Positions 20,812 to 30,569 of a stretch of DNA of 64,000 bases are shown piece after piece; the stretch's first letter is position 1; each line of letters opens with the position of its first letter. Source of the stretch: Candidatus Iainarchaeum sp. (GTDB taxonomy: Archaea; Iainarchaeota; Iainarchaeia; Iainarchaeales; JAAZKV01); the NCBI GenBank assembly GCA_026397015.1, contig JAPLVR010000001.1:21745-85744 (forward strand), in the 5' to 3' direction. The translations under genes were made by a program, and so were the position numbers. The notes below the pieces were generated by a model. That model did not search any database, had not been told where the DNA came from, and saw only the letters and a program-made list of their open reading frames with translations.

Positions 20812-20831
20812 TTGCATAGGAACTGCCAAAC
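20812..20831 (+). other. 5' strand of the 23S processing helix
   Basis: TTGCATAGGAACTGCCAAAC pairs with 23835-23854 (20 bp, two G-U pairs). Confidence 0.7.
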
Positions 20832-20867
20832 AAAATTAGAGTCAAATAGTAAGTTCTCATATTGTAT

Positions 20868-23810
20868 AACGTTACGCCAGTTAGTGGATGACTAGGCTCG
20901 AGCGCCGATTAAGGACGTGGCAAGCTGCGATAAGCCTTGGCGAGAAGCACGCATTCTTTGAACCAAGGATTTCTGAATAATTCGGCAACGAAAGGGAACA
21001 CGGCGAACTGAATCATCTAAGTAGCCGTAGGAAGAGAAAGCAATTGCGATTCCGTTAGTAACGGCGAGTGAAAGCGGAAGAGGGCGAACTGAATCCTGTC
21101 CGTGAGGAACAGGAGATGTGGTTGCGGCGCAACAGTTTTTTTGCGAGAAGAAGTGTCCTGGAACGGACTGCCAAAGAGAGTGACAGCCTCGTATTTGAAG
21201 CAAAAAAAGTGTATTGCTGCTAGAGAGTACTGTGCACCTGATTGTGCGCAGGAATACGGGTGTATTGACATCCAACCCTAAATACGTCTCGAGACCGATA
21301 GCTGACTAGTACCGCGAGGGAAGGTTGAAAAGTATCCTTGACAGGAGTTGAAAAGCACCTGAAACTAACTGGTTACGGGGAGGCAGGGCGTGGAAGGAAA
21401 GGCGCGCGTAGTTTTCCATCGAGAGTTGGAAAATAAAGTGCGTTTCAGCGTTCTGTCGTACGTCGTGAAGCACGAGCGAGGGAATTTACTTCAGTGGCGA
21501 GGATAACTGTTTTCAAGCAGGCATCCGCAGGGAAACCGAGTGGGCGCAGCATCGCGAGGCTCAGGGTTCAAAGCCTTTAGTCACTGGAGTCAGACCCGAA
21601 ACAAGGCGAGCTAATCCTGAACAGGACGAAGCCCTCTTTCAAGGGGGTGGAGGTCCGCAACTAGTGCTAGTCTATCTGCTTAGGTGATTTGGGATTAGGC
21701 GTAATAAGCGAACCGAGCCTTGTGATAGCGGGCTCCTTTTGAAATACCTCTGAGGGTAGCCTCTCTGGAGGATGAACATGGTGTAGAGATACTGGTTAAG
21801 AAGTATTGATCCGAAAGGATTAGCTTCTTTCCCAAACTCCGAATCTATGTTCTCCGTAGAAGGAGGGAGTAGGGGCGTCGGCGTAAGGTTGATGTCCGTA
21901 AGGGAAAAAACCCAGCTCCAAATTAAGGCCCTAAAATGTTGGTTAAGTGTTTTCAAAGTGAGTCGTTTCTCTAAGACAGTGGGGAGGTTGGCTTAGAAGC
22001 AGCCATCCTTTAAAGAATGCGTAACAGCTCACCCACCTAGAGCAATGGCCGCGAAGATTATCAGGGCTAAAACCAACTGCCGATATTTGGAAAGCGTTCT
22101 AGTTTGAACGTTTTGTAAGAAGGTGCACTGATGGCACAGAAGCTTGCTCGTAAGAACAAGTGGAGCCTTTAGTGATATGGATCCTCGCACTAGTAGTAAC
22201 GATAGAGTAGTGAGAATCTACTCCGCCGAAAGGGCAAGGGTTTCTTAGCGCTAATCATTAGCTAAGAGTTAGCCGGTCCTAACTTCACCCCCAGCAGGGC
22301 GTGTCGGAAGGGGAAACGCGTTCATATTCGCGTGCTTTTTGCATAAGTCTTCGGCAACGATAGGCACACTTTTGACGCCTTGGGATAATTTGAGCCATCT
22401 TGTCTGATGGTTTAACTGGAATAGTTCTTCGGAGAGCCGTAATGGCGAGAAGGAGAACAAGCCAGGAATAGCAGCAATGTTCAGATGATTTCGAGGGCCC
22501 ATGAAAAAAAAGTGTGTAATAATTGCAAAAAACCGTACCCAGAACCGAGAAAGGTGCCCCTAGCTTAGAAAGCTTAGGCGTATTTGGGGAATTGACTTAA
22601 GGGAATTCGGCAAATTAGCCCCGTATCTTAGGTATAAGGGGTGCCTGCAATGTAGATTGCAGGTTTCAATAACAAACGGAGTCCGACTGTTTAACAAAAA
22701 CACAGGTCCCTGCTAGCCAGCAATGGTTCGTATAGGGGCTGACTTCTGCTCACTGCCAGTAGGTGAAAATCTGTTTCAACGGGTCTAAGCCCTGGTGAAG
22801 AGCGGGCCTAACTCTGAGGCTCTCACGGTAGCGTAATACCTTGCCGGTTTATTGCCGGCTTGCACCAAGGAAGCAACGAGATTCCAGCTGTCCCTAAGTC
22901 GAGCCAAATGAACTTACTTCGCAGTGTATATGCTGCGGACTCCTAACGGGAAGAGAAGACCCCACGGAAGTTTACTACAGCCTGTTGTTGTGATGTAGTT
23001 TCTGGCGTGAAGCGTAGTTGGTAGCCTTCGAAGCATTTTCGCTAGGAAATGTGGAGGCAACAATGCGACACCAACCTCTAGAAAGTGCATTGCTTACCTG
23101 AAAAGGAACAGCAATTGGTGGGTAGTTTGGCTGGGGCGGCACGCTCCCGAAAAGATATCAGGAGCGCCCAAAGGTCTGCTCAGGCGAGTTAGAAATTCGC
23201 TGTAGAGTGCAAGAGCAAAAGCAGGCTTAACCATTTTCTGCACAGCAAGGAAAGTGGGAAGGAAACTTGGGTCTAGCGAACGCTAGTGTGTCCGTCAATG
23301 CGACCCTAGTCTTACAATGAACCTATCCTGGGGGTAATTGAGTGGTCGCGGGTAAGAGTTCACATCGACCCCGCGGTTTGCTACCTCGCCGTCGTCTTTT
23401 GGCATCCTGGCCGTGCATCAGCGGCCAAGGGTGGAGGGGTTTACTCATTAAAGCCGAACATTAGTTGGGTTAAGAACGGTGCGAGCCAGTTTGGATACTA
23501 GCTGTTAGGGGTGCAGGTTGACTGAGAGGAAGATGCCATTAGTACGAGAGGAACGTGGCGTCGTAGCCGCTAGTGTACCAGTTGTCCGACAGGGCAACGC
23601 TGGGAAGCCACGCTATATTGGATAAGCGCTGAATGCATCTAAGCACGAAGCCATCCTTAAAAAGAGTCAACCATTCCCGAAACTTCATGTAAAAATGAAG
23701 CCTAGGGACGAGGGCACGCATAGAAGATGCGTTTGATAGACTACGTGTGTAAGTATGAAGCTCACGCGACATATTGAGCATAGTAGCACTAATCGCCCGA
23801 GGTTACACAA
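20868..23810 (+). rRNA. rrl: 23S rRNA
   Basis: 5' ...GTGGATGACTAGGCTCGAGCGCCGA..GGACGTGGCAAGCTGCGATAAGCC; the sarcin-ricin region AGTACGAGAGGAAC is present. About 2.94 kb, ends approximate, no large insertion evident. Confidence 0.93.
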
Positions 23811-23834
23811 AATGAGAAACAAGATCCTAACAAA

Positions 23835-23854
23835 GTTTGGCGGTTCCTATGCGA
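23835..23854 (+). other. 3' strand of the 23S processing helix
   Basis: GTTTGGCGGTTCCTATGCGA is complementary to 20812-20831. Confidence 0.7.
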
Positions 23855-23945
23855 CACTATTAAAACTAATTTTCAAAAATACTATTTGGCGTGTCACGGA
23901 AGGCGTGAACAAAAGCTATATAAGCTAGAATTTCCTTTATTAAAG

Positions 23946-25007
23946 ATGCTTTCTACCGAGGCACGCCTGGTTTTAGCAAGTAATCTGAAAAAAGTACAAG
24001 CAACTATTTTCTCGCAATCAGATGGGCAGCCAGACTTGGATCAATATTTGGCAAAAGAAGATAAAAAAAAATATTTACGCAGTTTGGGATTCAATTTTGG
24101 TTCAGCAAAACAGATTTGTGGAACGACAACAATTTATACAATAAATCTTACAAAGAAACCAAAGCAAAAGTCGTTTGAGCCCAAACGTGGGCGGTTTTTC
24201 ATAGCGGTAACCGAAGGTGATTCTTTTTTTTATGTTCTTACCGACAGTAACTTAGTTTTTTTGAAACATGCAGTTATTCCTTTTATTACATATTTAACAT
24301 ACCCAAACATAACTCGCGCAACTTTGACCTCATTGGAGTTGCAAAATGTTATACAAAATTTTTCAGCAACATTGAATGCTGGCGTTTTTGTTAATAAATC
24401 AAGTGGAAAAGGAATGTTTGGAAAAAAACCTCAAACAATAATTAAGTTCGAAAAAAATAATCCAGTTTCGCTAAATTCGGTTTATAAACAAGCGGTGAAT
24501 CAAGACCTGTGGGTTCATTGGTTAAGTCTATTGATGCGAGGAAAAAATGATTCCATGAAAGTTAATATTTCCCGAGATGGGACTATCAGTTTTCCAAAAG
24601 AATCATTAGGTAAAGCTCTTATTTTGTTTGAGATTATAGGAAAAATTGCCGAATCCCAAAATGTTCTGTTAAAGGATAAAGAGATAAAACCCGAACAAGA
24701 AATGAAATCAATAATTCTTAGGTACGGGGAAGAAATTTTTTCCGAAAAGAAACATTTGCTTCAACTATTAGACACTATAAAAAAGTATAAAGATTCAAGC
24801 TATTCAATAATTCACTCCGGAAATCCGCACATTTATATGTATTTACAAGATACTGTTGACAAATCATCATTTTCTATTAGAAATTTGAGACAAGATTCGA
24901 TTTTAATCACGCCTCAAATAAGGTGTGGCGCAAGTGCTCTTTCAAGATTTATAAGTTACTTGAATGAAGATTTTAGAGAGGCAATTGAAACAAATGTTTG
25001 TGATTAG
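23946..25007 (+). CDS. Hypothetical 353-aa protein, first gene of the island
   Basis: ATG 23946 lies ~20 nt after the TATA-like AAGCTATATAAGC. AT-rich coding sequence with no recognised motif. Confidence 0.55.
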   Translation: MLSTEARLVLASNLKKVQATIFSQSDGQPDLDQYLAKEDKKKYLRSLGFNFGSAKQICGTTTIYTINLTKKPKQKSFEPKRGRFFIAVTEGDSFFYVLTDSNLVFLKHAVIPFITYLTYPNITRATLTSLELQNVIQNFSATLNAGVFVNKSSGKGMFGKKPQTIIKFEKNNPVSLNSVYKQAVNQDLWVHWLSLLMRGKNDSMKVNISRDGTISFPKESLGKALILFEIIGKIAESQNVLLKDKEIKPEQEMKSIILRYGEEIFSEKKHLLQLLDTIKKYKDSSYSIIHSGNPHIYMYLQDTVDKSSFSIRNLRQDSILITPQIRCGASALSRFISYLNEDFREAIETNVCD

Positions 25008-25008
25008 T

Positions 25009-26037
25009 ATGCCAAAAATGAGTCTTTCAGAAGCAGTTTCAATAAAAGCGAAAGAAATGGACAGGTACCACCAACAAATATTGTTATGTCTCGGATTATT
25101 ATTTTTTTTTGAAAAAAATAAATCTCTTGGAATGTTTGTTGGGGCCGAGATAGACCTGAAATATGCACTAAATAGTGTGCAAAAATGTGTTCGCCCAGAT
25201 GTAATAATTCAAGCATGGAAAAAAGATGGGAAATTATTTGGGATTCCAATCGAAATTAAATTGTCAGTAGATTATGATATTGAAATAAAAAAAGAATTAA
25301 ATGAAATGAAACGTTATGATAACCAATTATCAGGGTGGAAAGAATTTGAAGGCTTGACGCCTGATGATCATGTAATAGTTTATGCCCCGAACGGTCTTGA
25401 CTCTGGAAAGGTTAAAAGGGTACTTGAACAGGAGTTGAAAAGTGGAAATATTAAGTTTAACAGAGAATTTTGTATTTGGGAATGGCAAACAGTGACGAGT
25501 CAAAAATACGGGAAGGGCGATGTTTTATTGATAAAGCAAATTTTTGGAGATTTACATGGAATGTGTGATTCACTAAACAAGCAACTTACCGATGGGATTC
25601 CTATTGATTATGAGTCTGAAGAATTCGCCAAGAAAAGAGAAGGGGCTGTTTTTACTAGAAAAAAACCACCAAAAGAATACATGATGGTTTGGCTTTGGAC
25701 CAATGTTTTGCAACAATCTGTGGATTCTTCCAGCAATATAACCCTTGATGAGCTTACTAAAAAAGTTAACCAATTTTATAAGTCGGAGCTGATGAATAAC
25801 AATGACGGACAATCTTTTTTTATTAAAAAGGACTGGATTAGGGAAGCTATGGATTGGTTTTGTAAAATTAAACTTTGTAAAGAAAGTTCCGAAACGTGTT
25901 ATAACATTGTAATGAACAAAAAAATTAGAAACATATCAAAATTTATTTGTACACAAGTAGCAAAAAAGGAAAAACTGCGCAAAATTAACACTGACACAAA
26001 CCAAATGGCACTTGAAACATTTACACAAGGAAGTTAA
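25009..26037 (+). CDS. PD-(D/E)xK nuclease-like protein, 342 aa
   Basis: Its ATG is 1 nt after the upstream stop. VRPDVIIQAWKKDGKLFGIPIEIKL fits PD-x(n)-ExK. The C-terminal third may be DNA-binding. Confidence 0.5.
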   Translation: MPKMSLSEAVSIKAKEMDRYHQQILLCLGLLFFFEKNKSLGMFVGAEIDLKYALNSVQKCVRPDVIIQAWKKDGKLFGIPIEIKLSVDYDIEIKKELNEMKRYDNQLSGWKEFEGLTPDDHVIVYAPNGLDSGKVKRVLEQELKSGNIKFNREFCIWEWQTVTSQKYGKGDVLLIKQIFGDLHGMCDSLNKQLTDGIPIDYESEEFAKKREGAVFTRKKPPKEYMMVWLWTNVLQQSVDSSSNITLDELTKKVNQFYKSELMNNNDGQSFFIKKDWIREAMDWFCKIKLCKESSETCYNIVMNKKIRNISKFICTQVAKKEKLRKINTDTNQMALETFTQGS

Positions 26038-26081
26038 TTCAAATAACTTTCAACTATTTTAATTTGTGATTAAAAAAATGA

Positions 26082-26342
26082 TTAATGTGTCTCCTCACAC
26101 GCCTTCCCATCCTTATCATGATCCAGTCCGTGCACGTCTCTTCCGCATTTTTCCAGCATTTCCTGTGCCCCCTCCTGCGTCTCAAAGTCATTGCAGTTAT
26201 ATTTGTCGTAAGCGCAGTCCGGCGGCGTTACTTCGTCGAGGGAGATTTTTTCAGGGCGGGCGGATTCTTCGGATTGAATGCAGCCGGAAATTAGAGCAAA
26301 TATCAGGATAATTGCAATTATTTTGTTTAATGACTCGCTCAT
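26082..26342 (-). CDS. Secreted lipoprotein with an Excalibur Ca-binding motif
   Basis: Lipobox LISGC, and C-terminal [10 protein letters not shown] (DxDxDGxxCE). Confidence 0.7.
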   Translation of the reverse strand: MSESLNKIIAIILIFALISGCIQSEESARPEKISLDEVTPPDCAYDKYNCNDFETQEGAQEMLEKCGRDVHGLDHDKDGKACEETH

Positions 26343-26353
26343 TTAATCGCCAT

Positions 26354-26405
26354 ATTCTATATAGAATAAACCACAAAGGATTTATAAATATATTCTATAT
26401 AGAAT
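26354..26405. promoter_or_regulatory. Two copies of the perfect palindrome ATTCTATATAGAAT flanking a TATA box (TTTATAAATA, 26381-26390)
   Basis: Palindromes at 26354-26367 and 26392-26405, centres 38 bp apart. They sit between the divergent Excalibur gene and the small-ORF/R-M operon. Confidence 0.6.
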
Positions 26406-26419
26406 TAATTCTGGGAATT

Positions 26420-26590
26420 ATGCCTGAAAAATACCAATACGAAGCCAAAATAAGCAAAACAACCGACAACAAGAAGCTCGCCACAGGCGAAAAAAAAGCC
26501 TATAACTATGGCACAATTAATCTAAGAAAACCAGAACTCGCCAAATACATAGGAAAAATAGCTAAAATTGAGGTAAAAATACAGGATTGA
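26420..26590 (+). CDS. 56-aa protein, possible AbrB/SpoVT-like controller of the R-M gene
   Basis: MPEKYQYEAKISK...GTINLRKPELAKYIGKIAKIEVKIQD. ATG ~30 nt after the TATA box. Its stop overlaps the R-M start region. Confidence 0.4.
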   Translation: MPEKYQYEAKISKTTDNKKLATGEKKAYNYGTINLRKPELAKYIGKIAKIEVKIQD

Positions 26591-26595
26591 TTTCT

Positions 26596-29523
26596 ATGGT
26601 TGGTGCAGGGGGCAAACTTCAAGAAAATTCTTTCAATGCCCTTTTAACAAAAGAACTTATTGACCTAGAATTAGACGCTAATTTTGAAGAGCACTTTACA
26701 ACATTTCAGGGGCTAAAAAAACCAGACATCTCAATTAAATTCAAAGATACTTATTTTTTTGTAGAATCAAAACAAGAGCCAGCTAAACTAATTGATGCAA
26801 TCAGCAAAGCGTATCTTTATCAACAATCCATTAGGCAGGCTAAACTCAACACAATTGTTTTTGGAGTTCTTTTTCCAAAAGATGGTGGAACAAAAAAGAT
26901 TGAAGCTGCATGTCTGTTGAATAAGGAGCCATTTTTTCAGCAAGAAACATTTTTCACGCTTGGGGAATTGGCTCGTTGGATAAAAGAAGTTATAACCGAA
27001 GAGAAACCAATTGCTGAACTCAGTACAACAAAATTTATCAAAATATTAACAGAAGCGGTTCATTCCATAGATAAAAATCTCAAAACACTAAAACTTGATG
27101 AAATAGAAAGTATTTTTGGTGGAAAAACCTTTTTTGAAACAATACTTGGATATTCGGAAGAAGAAAAAATACCGATTGAAAATTTGCGAGTGGCATCCTC
27201 ATATCTGCTTGTAAATCAAATATTTTTCTATCAGATTCTTGCAACTGAAACAAAAAAATATCCACTGTTCGATGTTGAAAAAATAACATCTTCCAACGAA
27301 ATATATGATAGGCATTTTGCAAAAGTTCTTGAAGACGATTATGAACCAATATTCAGTTTTAACATAATATCAAAATTGAGTGGAAAAGAAGCTCTTGCAA
27401 ACGTATTGACTGTTGTTTCAGCAATTCAGGCACTTTCAACGAGCAAGCAAAATCACGACTTACTCGGAAAAATATTTCATAATCTCATACCGTTGGACAT
27501 AAGGAAAGTTGTAGCTGCATTTTATACAAACTCCGAAGCAGGCAACCTTCTTGCTGATTTGGCTATAGAAAAATTTGATGAAAAAATATTAGATACTGCC
27601 TGTGGCTCTGGAACATTGCTTGTTTCCTCTTATAGAAGGAAAAAAGAACTTTTTGAAAAACAATTTGGGGATTTCAGTGAAGATGCACACAAAAAGTTTC
27701 TTTCAAAAGATATATTCGGGGTGGATATAATGCCTTTTGCCGCTCATTTGGCCGCGATAAATCTTGCATTGCAAGCTCCGCTCTACGAAACTGACATATT
27801 GAATATTGCCATACACGATTCGACAGATTTATCGCCAGAAAGAGAACTGGAAGCCGCAGAAGAAACTATAAGAGAAGGTTTTAAACAACAAAAACTTTTT
27901 GATTTTGGAAAAAGTAGGGCAGAAAAAACAAGCGCAAAGGGCGTTGTGTCTCTTTACAAAAATAAGCACAAAATAGTTTTGCCATATTTTGATGTTGTAA
28001 TAATGAATCCGCCATTTACCCGTTTTCAAAGAATACCACCAGAATTCAAACAGATATTGGAAAATAGATTTAGCGGCAAATATAGAAAGATAATAAGCGG
28101 GCAATTAGGCTTGCACGGATATTTTTTATTGCTCGCAGATAAATTCCTAAAAGAAGATGGTAGGATAGCGGCCGTATTGCCGCTCACAACAATCAGCACA
28201 AGTAGTTTTTATCAACTCATAAAAATGCTCCTTGAAGAATATTGTATAGAATATGTAGTAGCGTCAGATGGCAGAGCCGCGTTTTCTGAAAACACAAGTT
28301 TAAGAGAAATACTTTTAATTGCCAAAAAACAGAAGCCAAAAAAAGACCATGAGCTTAAGCTCGTGATACTAAATATGTCGCCTGCACAACTAAATGAAAA
28401 GACCACAAAAGAAATAAGCATGAGGCTAAGGCAATTTTCCGCTCTTGAACTGAAAGAAAAAGAAGAAGACTATTTTTACATAAAAACTTTCAAGCAAGAA
28501 GACCTGAAAGCCAACATAAGACAATTGTATCATTCAATAACACTTTCTTCAAAAGAGCTTATACAAATAAATAAGAAATTGGAAAAAGTTCTTGAAAATG
28601 AAAAGACAGAAACTTTGAAAATAATTTCAGAAAAAAACAGGTGGGAAATAAAAGAAAACCCAAGAGGATTAAATATTTATAACTATTCTGCACTAACTAT
28701 ATTGAATGATGAAAAACGCGCCTTGAAAAAAACAGATTTCTGGCTTGCCAAAGAAAAAACAAGAGAATTTGTTACAGTGCTCAACAAAATCAATGGAAAT
28801 AAATTTAAAATACCAACCAAAGCACTTGCAAAACAATTTAGAAGATTCTCAACAATAAACACAATCAACATAGACAAGAAAACCGATTATCTTGTAAAAG
28901 ACGACTTTCAAGGGTTTGAAGTATTTTTGGAAAATGGTTTTGTAAAAAGAAGCGAAATCAAAAAAACAGCAAAAGCAATAGAGTTTGGTGAATTTAACAC
29001 ATTTATACAAAGAAACTCATCCAATCTTTTCTTTTTCTATAGGGGTGATTTAACCGCCCCAAACACGAATTGCTTAAGTGTAAACTGTCAAGAAAAAGTA
29101 TTTGCCGGTTCTGGCGGAAGTTGGGTTTTTTACGGTCTAAAAAATAATGAGGCAAACAATCTTTCTTTGTGGCTAAATTCAAGTTTGCAATTGTTCCAAG
29201 TTTTACGAGATAGAAAAGAAACAAGAGGCGGATGGATGGAAATAGACAAATATGTTTTAGACGAGTCTAAAATTCTGAACTTGGATAAATTAACAAAAAC
29301 TGATAAAGAAAAATTGGATAATTTATACGAAAAGATCAAAGATACTCAGTTCCCTTCTTTAATCGAGCAATTGAAAACAAAAAATTCAATAAGAAAGCAA
29401 ATTGACACTACATTTTTGTCAATATTGGGCATGAATAAAGCAGAAGCAGAAAGCTTGCTTGAAGAGTTATATCCAGCAATCTATAAAGAATTGGTAAAGT
29501 TAAAGGGAGTAATGGGCAAATAA
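26596..29523 (+). CDS. Type IIG/IIL (MmeI-like) fused restriction endonuclease / N6-adenine DNA methyltransferase
   Basis: N-terminal KKPDISIKFKDTYFFVESKQ (PD-x13-ExK). AAFYTNSEAGNLLADLA, motif I ILDTACGSGTLL, motif IV VIMNPPF. A long C-terminal region would be the target-recognition domain. Confidence 0.85.
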   Translation: MVGAGGKLQENSFNALLTKELIDLELDANFEEHFTTFQGLKKPDISIKFKDTYFFVESKQEPAKLIDAISKAYLYQQSIRQAKLNTIVFGVLFPKDGGTKKIEAACLLNKEPFFQQETFFTLGELARWIKEVITEEKPIAELSTTKFIKILTEAVHSIDKNLKTLKLDEIESIFGGKTFFETILGYSEEEKIPIENLRVASSYLLVNQIFFYQILATETKKYPLFDVEKITSSNEIYDRHFAKVLEDDYEPIFSFNIISKLSGKEALANVLTVVSAIQALSTSKQNHDLLGKIFHNLIPLDIRKVVAAFYTNSEAGNLLADLAIEKFDEKILDTACGSGTLLVSSYRRKKELFEKQFGDFSEDAHKKFLSKDIFGVDIMPFAAHLAAINLALQAPLYETDILNIAIHDSTDLSPERELEAAEETIREGFKQQKLFDFGKSRAEKTSAKGVVSLYKNKHKIVLPYFDVVIMNPPFTRFQRIPPEFKQILENRFSGKYRKIISGQLGLHGYFLLLADKFLKEDGRIAAVLPLTTISTSSFYQLIKMLLEEYCIEYVVASDGRAAFSENTSLREILLIAKKQKPKKDHELKLVILNMSPAQLNEKTTKEISMRLRQFSALELKEKEEDYFYIKTFKQEDLKANIRQLYHSITLSSKELIQINKKLEKVLENEKTETLKIISEKNRWEIKENPRGLNIYNYSALTILNDEKRALKKTDFWLAKEKTREFVTVLNKINGNKFKIPTKALAKQFRRFSTINTINIDKKTDYLVKDDFQGFEVFLENGFVKRSEIKKTAKAIEFGEFNTFIQRNSSNLFFFYRGDLTAPNTNCLSVNCQEKVFAGSGGSWVFYGLKNNEANNLSLWLNSSLQLFQVLRDRKETRGGWMEIDKYVLDESKILNLDKLTKTDKEKLDNLYEKIKDTQFPSLIEQLKTKNSIRKQIDTTFLSILGMNKAEAESLLEELYPAIYKELVKLKGVMGK

Positions 29524-29658
29524 CTAATTTAAGAGCAAAGCCATTAAGAGCAAAAAAATTATATAAAACCCAACTTTAATGAATTTAAGTGCGAGTTGGC
29601 AGCTTTAAGTGCAACTTAGACTTTAGGCGCAAAGTTGATGGAAGCCATAAAAAGAGAT

Positions 29659-29919
29659 TTATTGAAATCCTTTTATTCTTTGGCGCACCGTTTTTTCTAT
29701 TAATGGATTATCTTTCAGAATTTGTTGGCGTCTTGTTTTGAGAAAAATTTTTTGTTGCTTTTTTTCCTCGTCAGATAAAAACAATAAGGTGTCAAGTTTT
29801 CCTATTCTTTCTCTCAATATATCCTTTGGAATGCTGTAGGTCTCACCTAAGTATTGGTATATTTCTATTTTTCTTACCGTTACGGCTTCCATCAATTCAG
29901 CAAAATTTTCTAACTTCAT
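29659..29919 (-). CDS. Hypothetical 86-aa protein
   Basis: ATG 29919 is 1 nt after the stop of the upstream 177-aa ORF (TGAtATG). Confidence 0.4.
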   Translation of the reverse strand: MKLENFAELMEAVTVRKIEIYQYLGETYSIPKDILRERIGKLDTLLFLSDEEKKQQKIFLKTRRQQILKDNPLIEKTVRQRIKGFQ

Positions 29920-29920
29920 A

Positions 29921-30454
29921 TCACTCCACCATGAAATTAACAAATTTATCAAAATCATCTTCTAACGTAGTTTCTATCGTAGAACTAAAAAAATCAGCAA
30001 CCATTGGTTCCGGGATATTGCCTTTTTCGGCTATTAGTGATATCATCCCTGAATTAGAAGCAGACTGACATAACCCACTTGAAACCTCTTGGATAATTGG
30101 GGCTGCAAGCCGACCAGCTTGTGGCAACAGCGCATTTTTTAGGTCATCAATTAACCCTGCTTTATTGTTATTTTTGAAGTCTGAAATAGTTTTCTGGATT
30201 AGCCTTCCAGCTTTAACAAATTCATAAATGGTCAGTAGGAGTGGACCTCCAAGAGTTGCAGAAACTACTACAGCACCAACGACTCCGCGTATTAGATCTT
30301 CTCGAGAGGAATTTGTATAAATAACCCTCTTATTTCCTGTTGCCTTGGTTTTCCATGAACCATCCCTTCGTCTATATCTATACATTCTATGCCCTCTAGT
30401 CATCTTCCTGTTGTCATATGCATAATATCTTTCGCAAAACTTGTTTTTAAACAC
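29921..30454 (-). CDS. Hypothetical 177-aa protein with a basic N-terminus and one TM-like segment
   Basis: RYRRRDGSWKTK..., then GVVGAVVVSATLGGPLLLTIYEFV. Confidence 0.45.
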   Translation of the reverse strand: MFKNKFCERYYAYDNRKMTRGHRMYRYRRRDGSWKTKATGNKRVIYTNSSREDLIRGVVGAVVVSATLGGPLLLTIYEFVKAGRLIQKTISDFKNNNKAGLIDDLKNALLPQAGRLAAPIIQEVSSGLCQSASNSGMISLIAEKGNIPEPMVADFFSSTIETTLEDDFDKFVNFMVE

Positions 30455-30569
30455 TCTTGGGGTAGCTTGCCGGTGTTTAAGCTCCTTTATTTCAAAGTGT
30501 AATTGTAGAGTTTACCCAAAGACAGATGGGTTAAAAAATCAAAGCTGAGCGATTATTATTGGTGTTTGG

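Noticed and set aside
20504-20860. 118-aa minus-strand ORF in the tRNA-Ala/23S spacer.
   Set aside because: It overlaps the 3' end of the better-supported plus-strand ORF and the 23S processing helix, and it has no ribosome-binding site or motif.
23811-23945. 5S rRNA expected downstream of 23S.
   Set aside because: No 5S-like sequence or fold was recognised here or elsewhere in the window. The space is taken by the processing helix and the island promoter.
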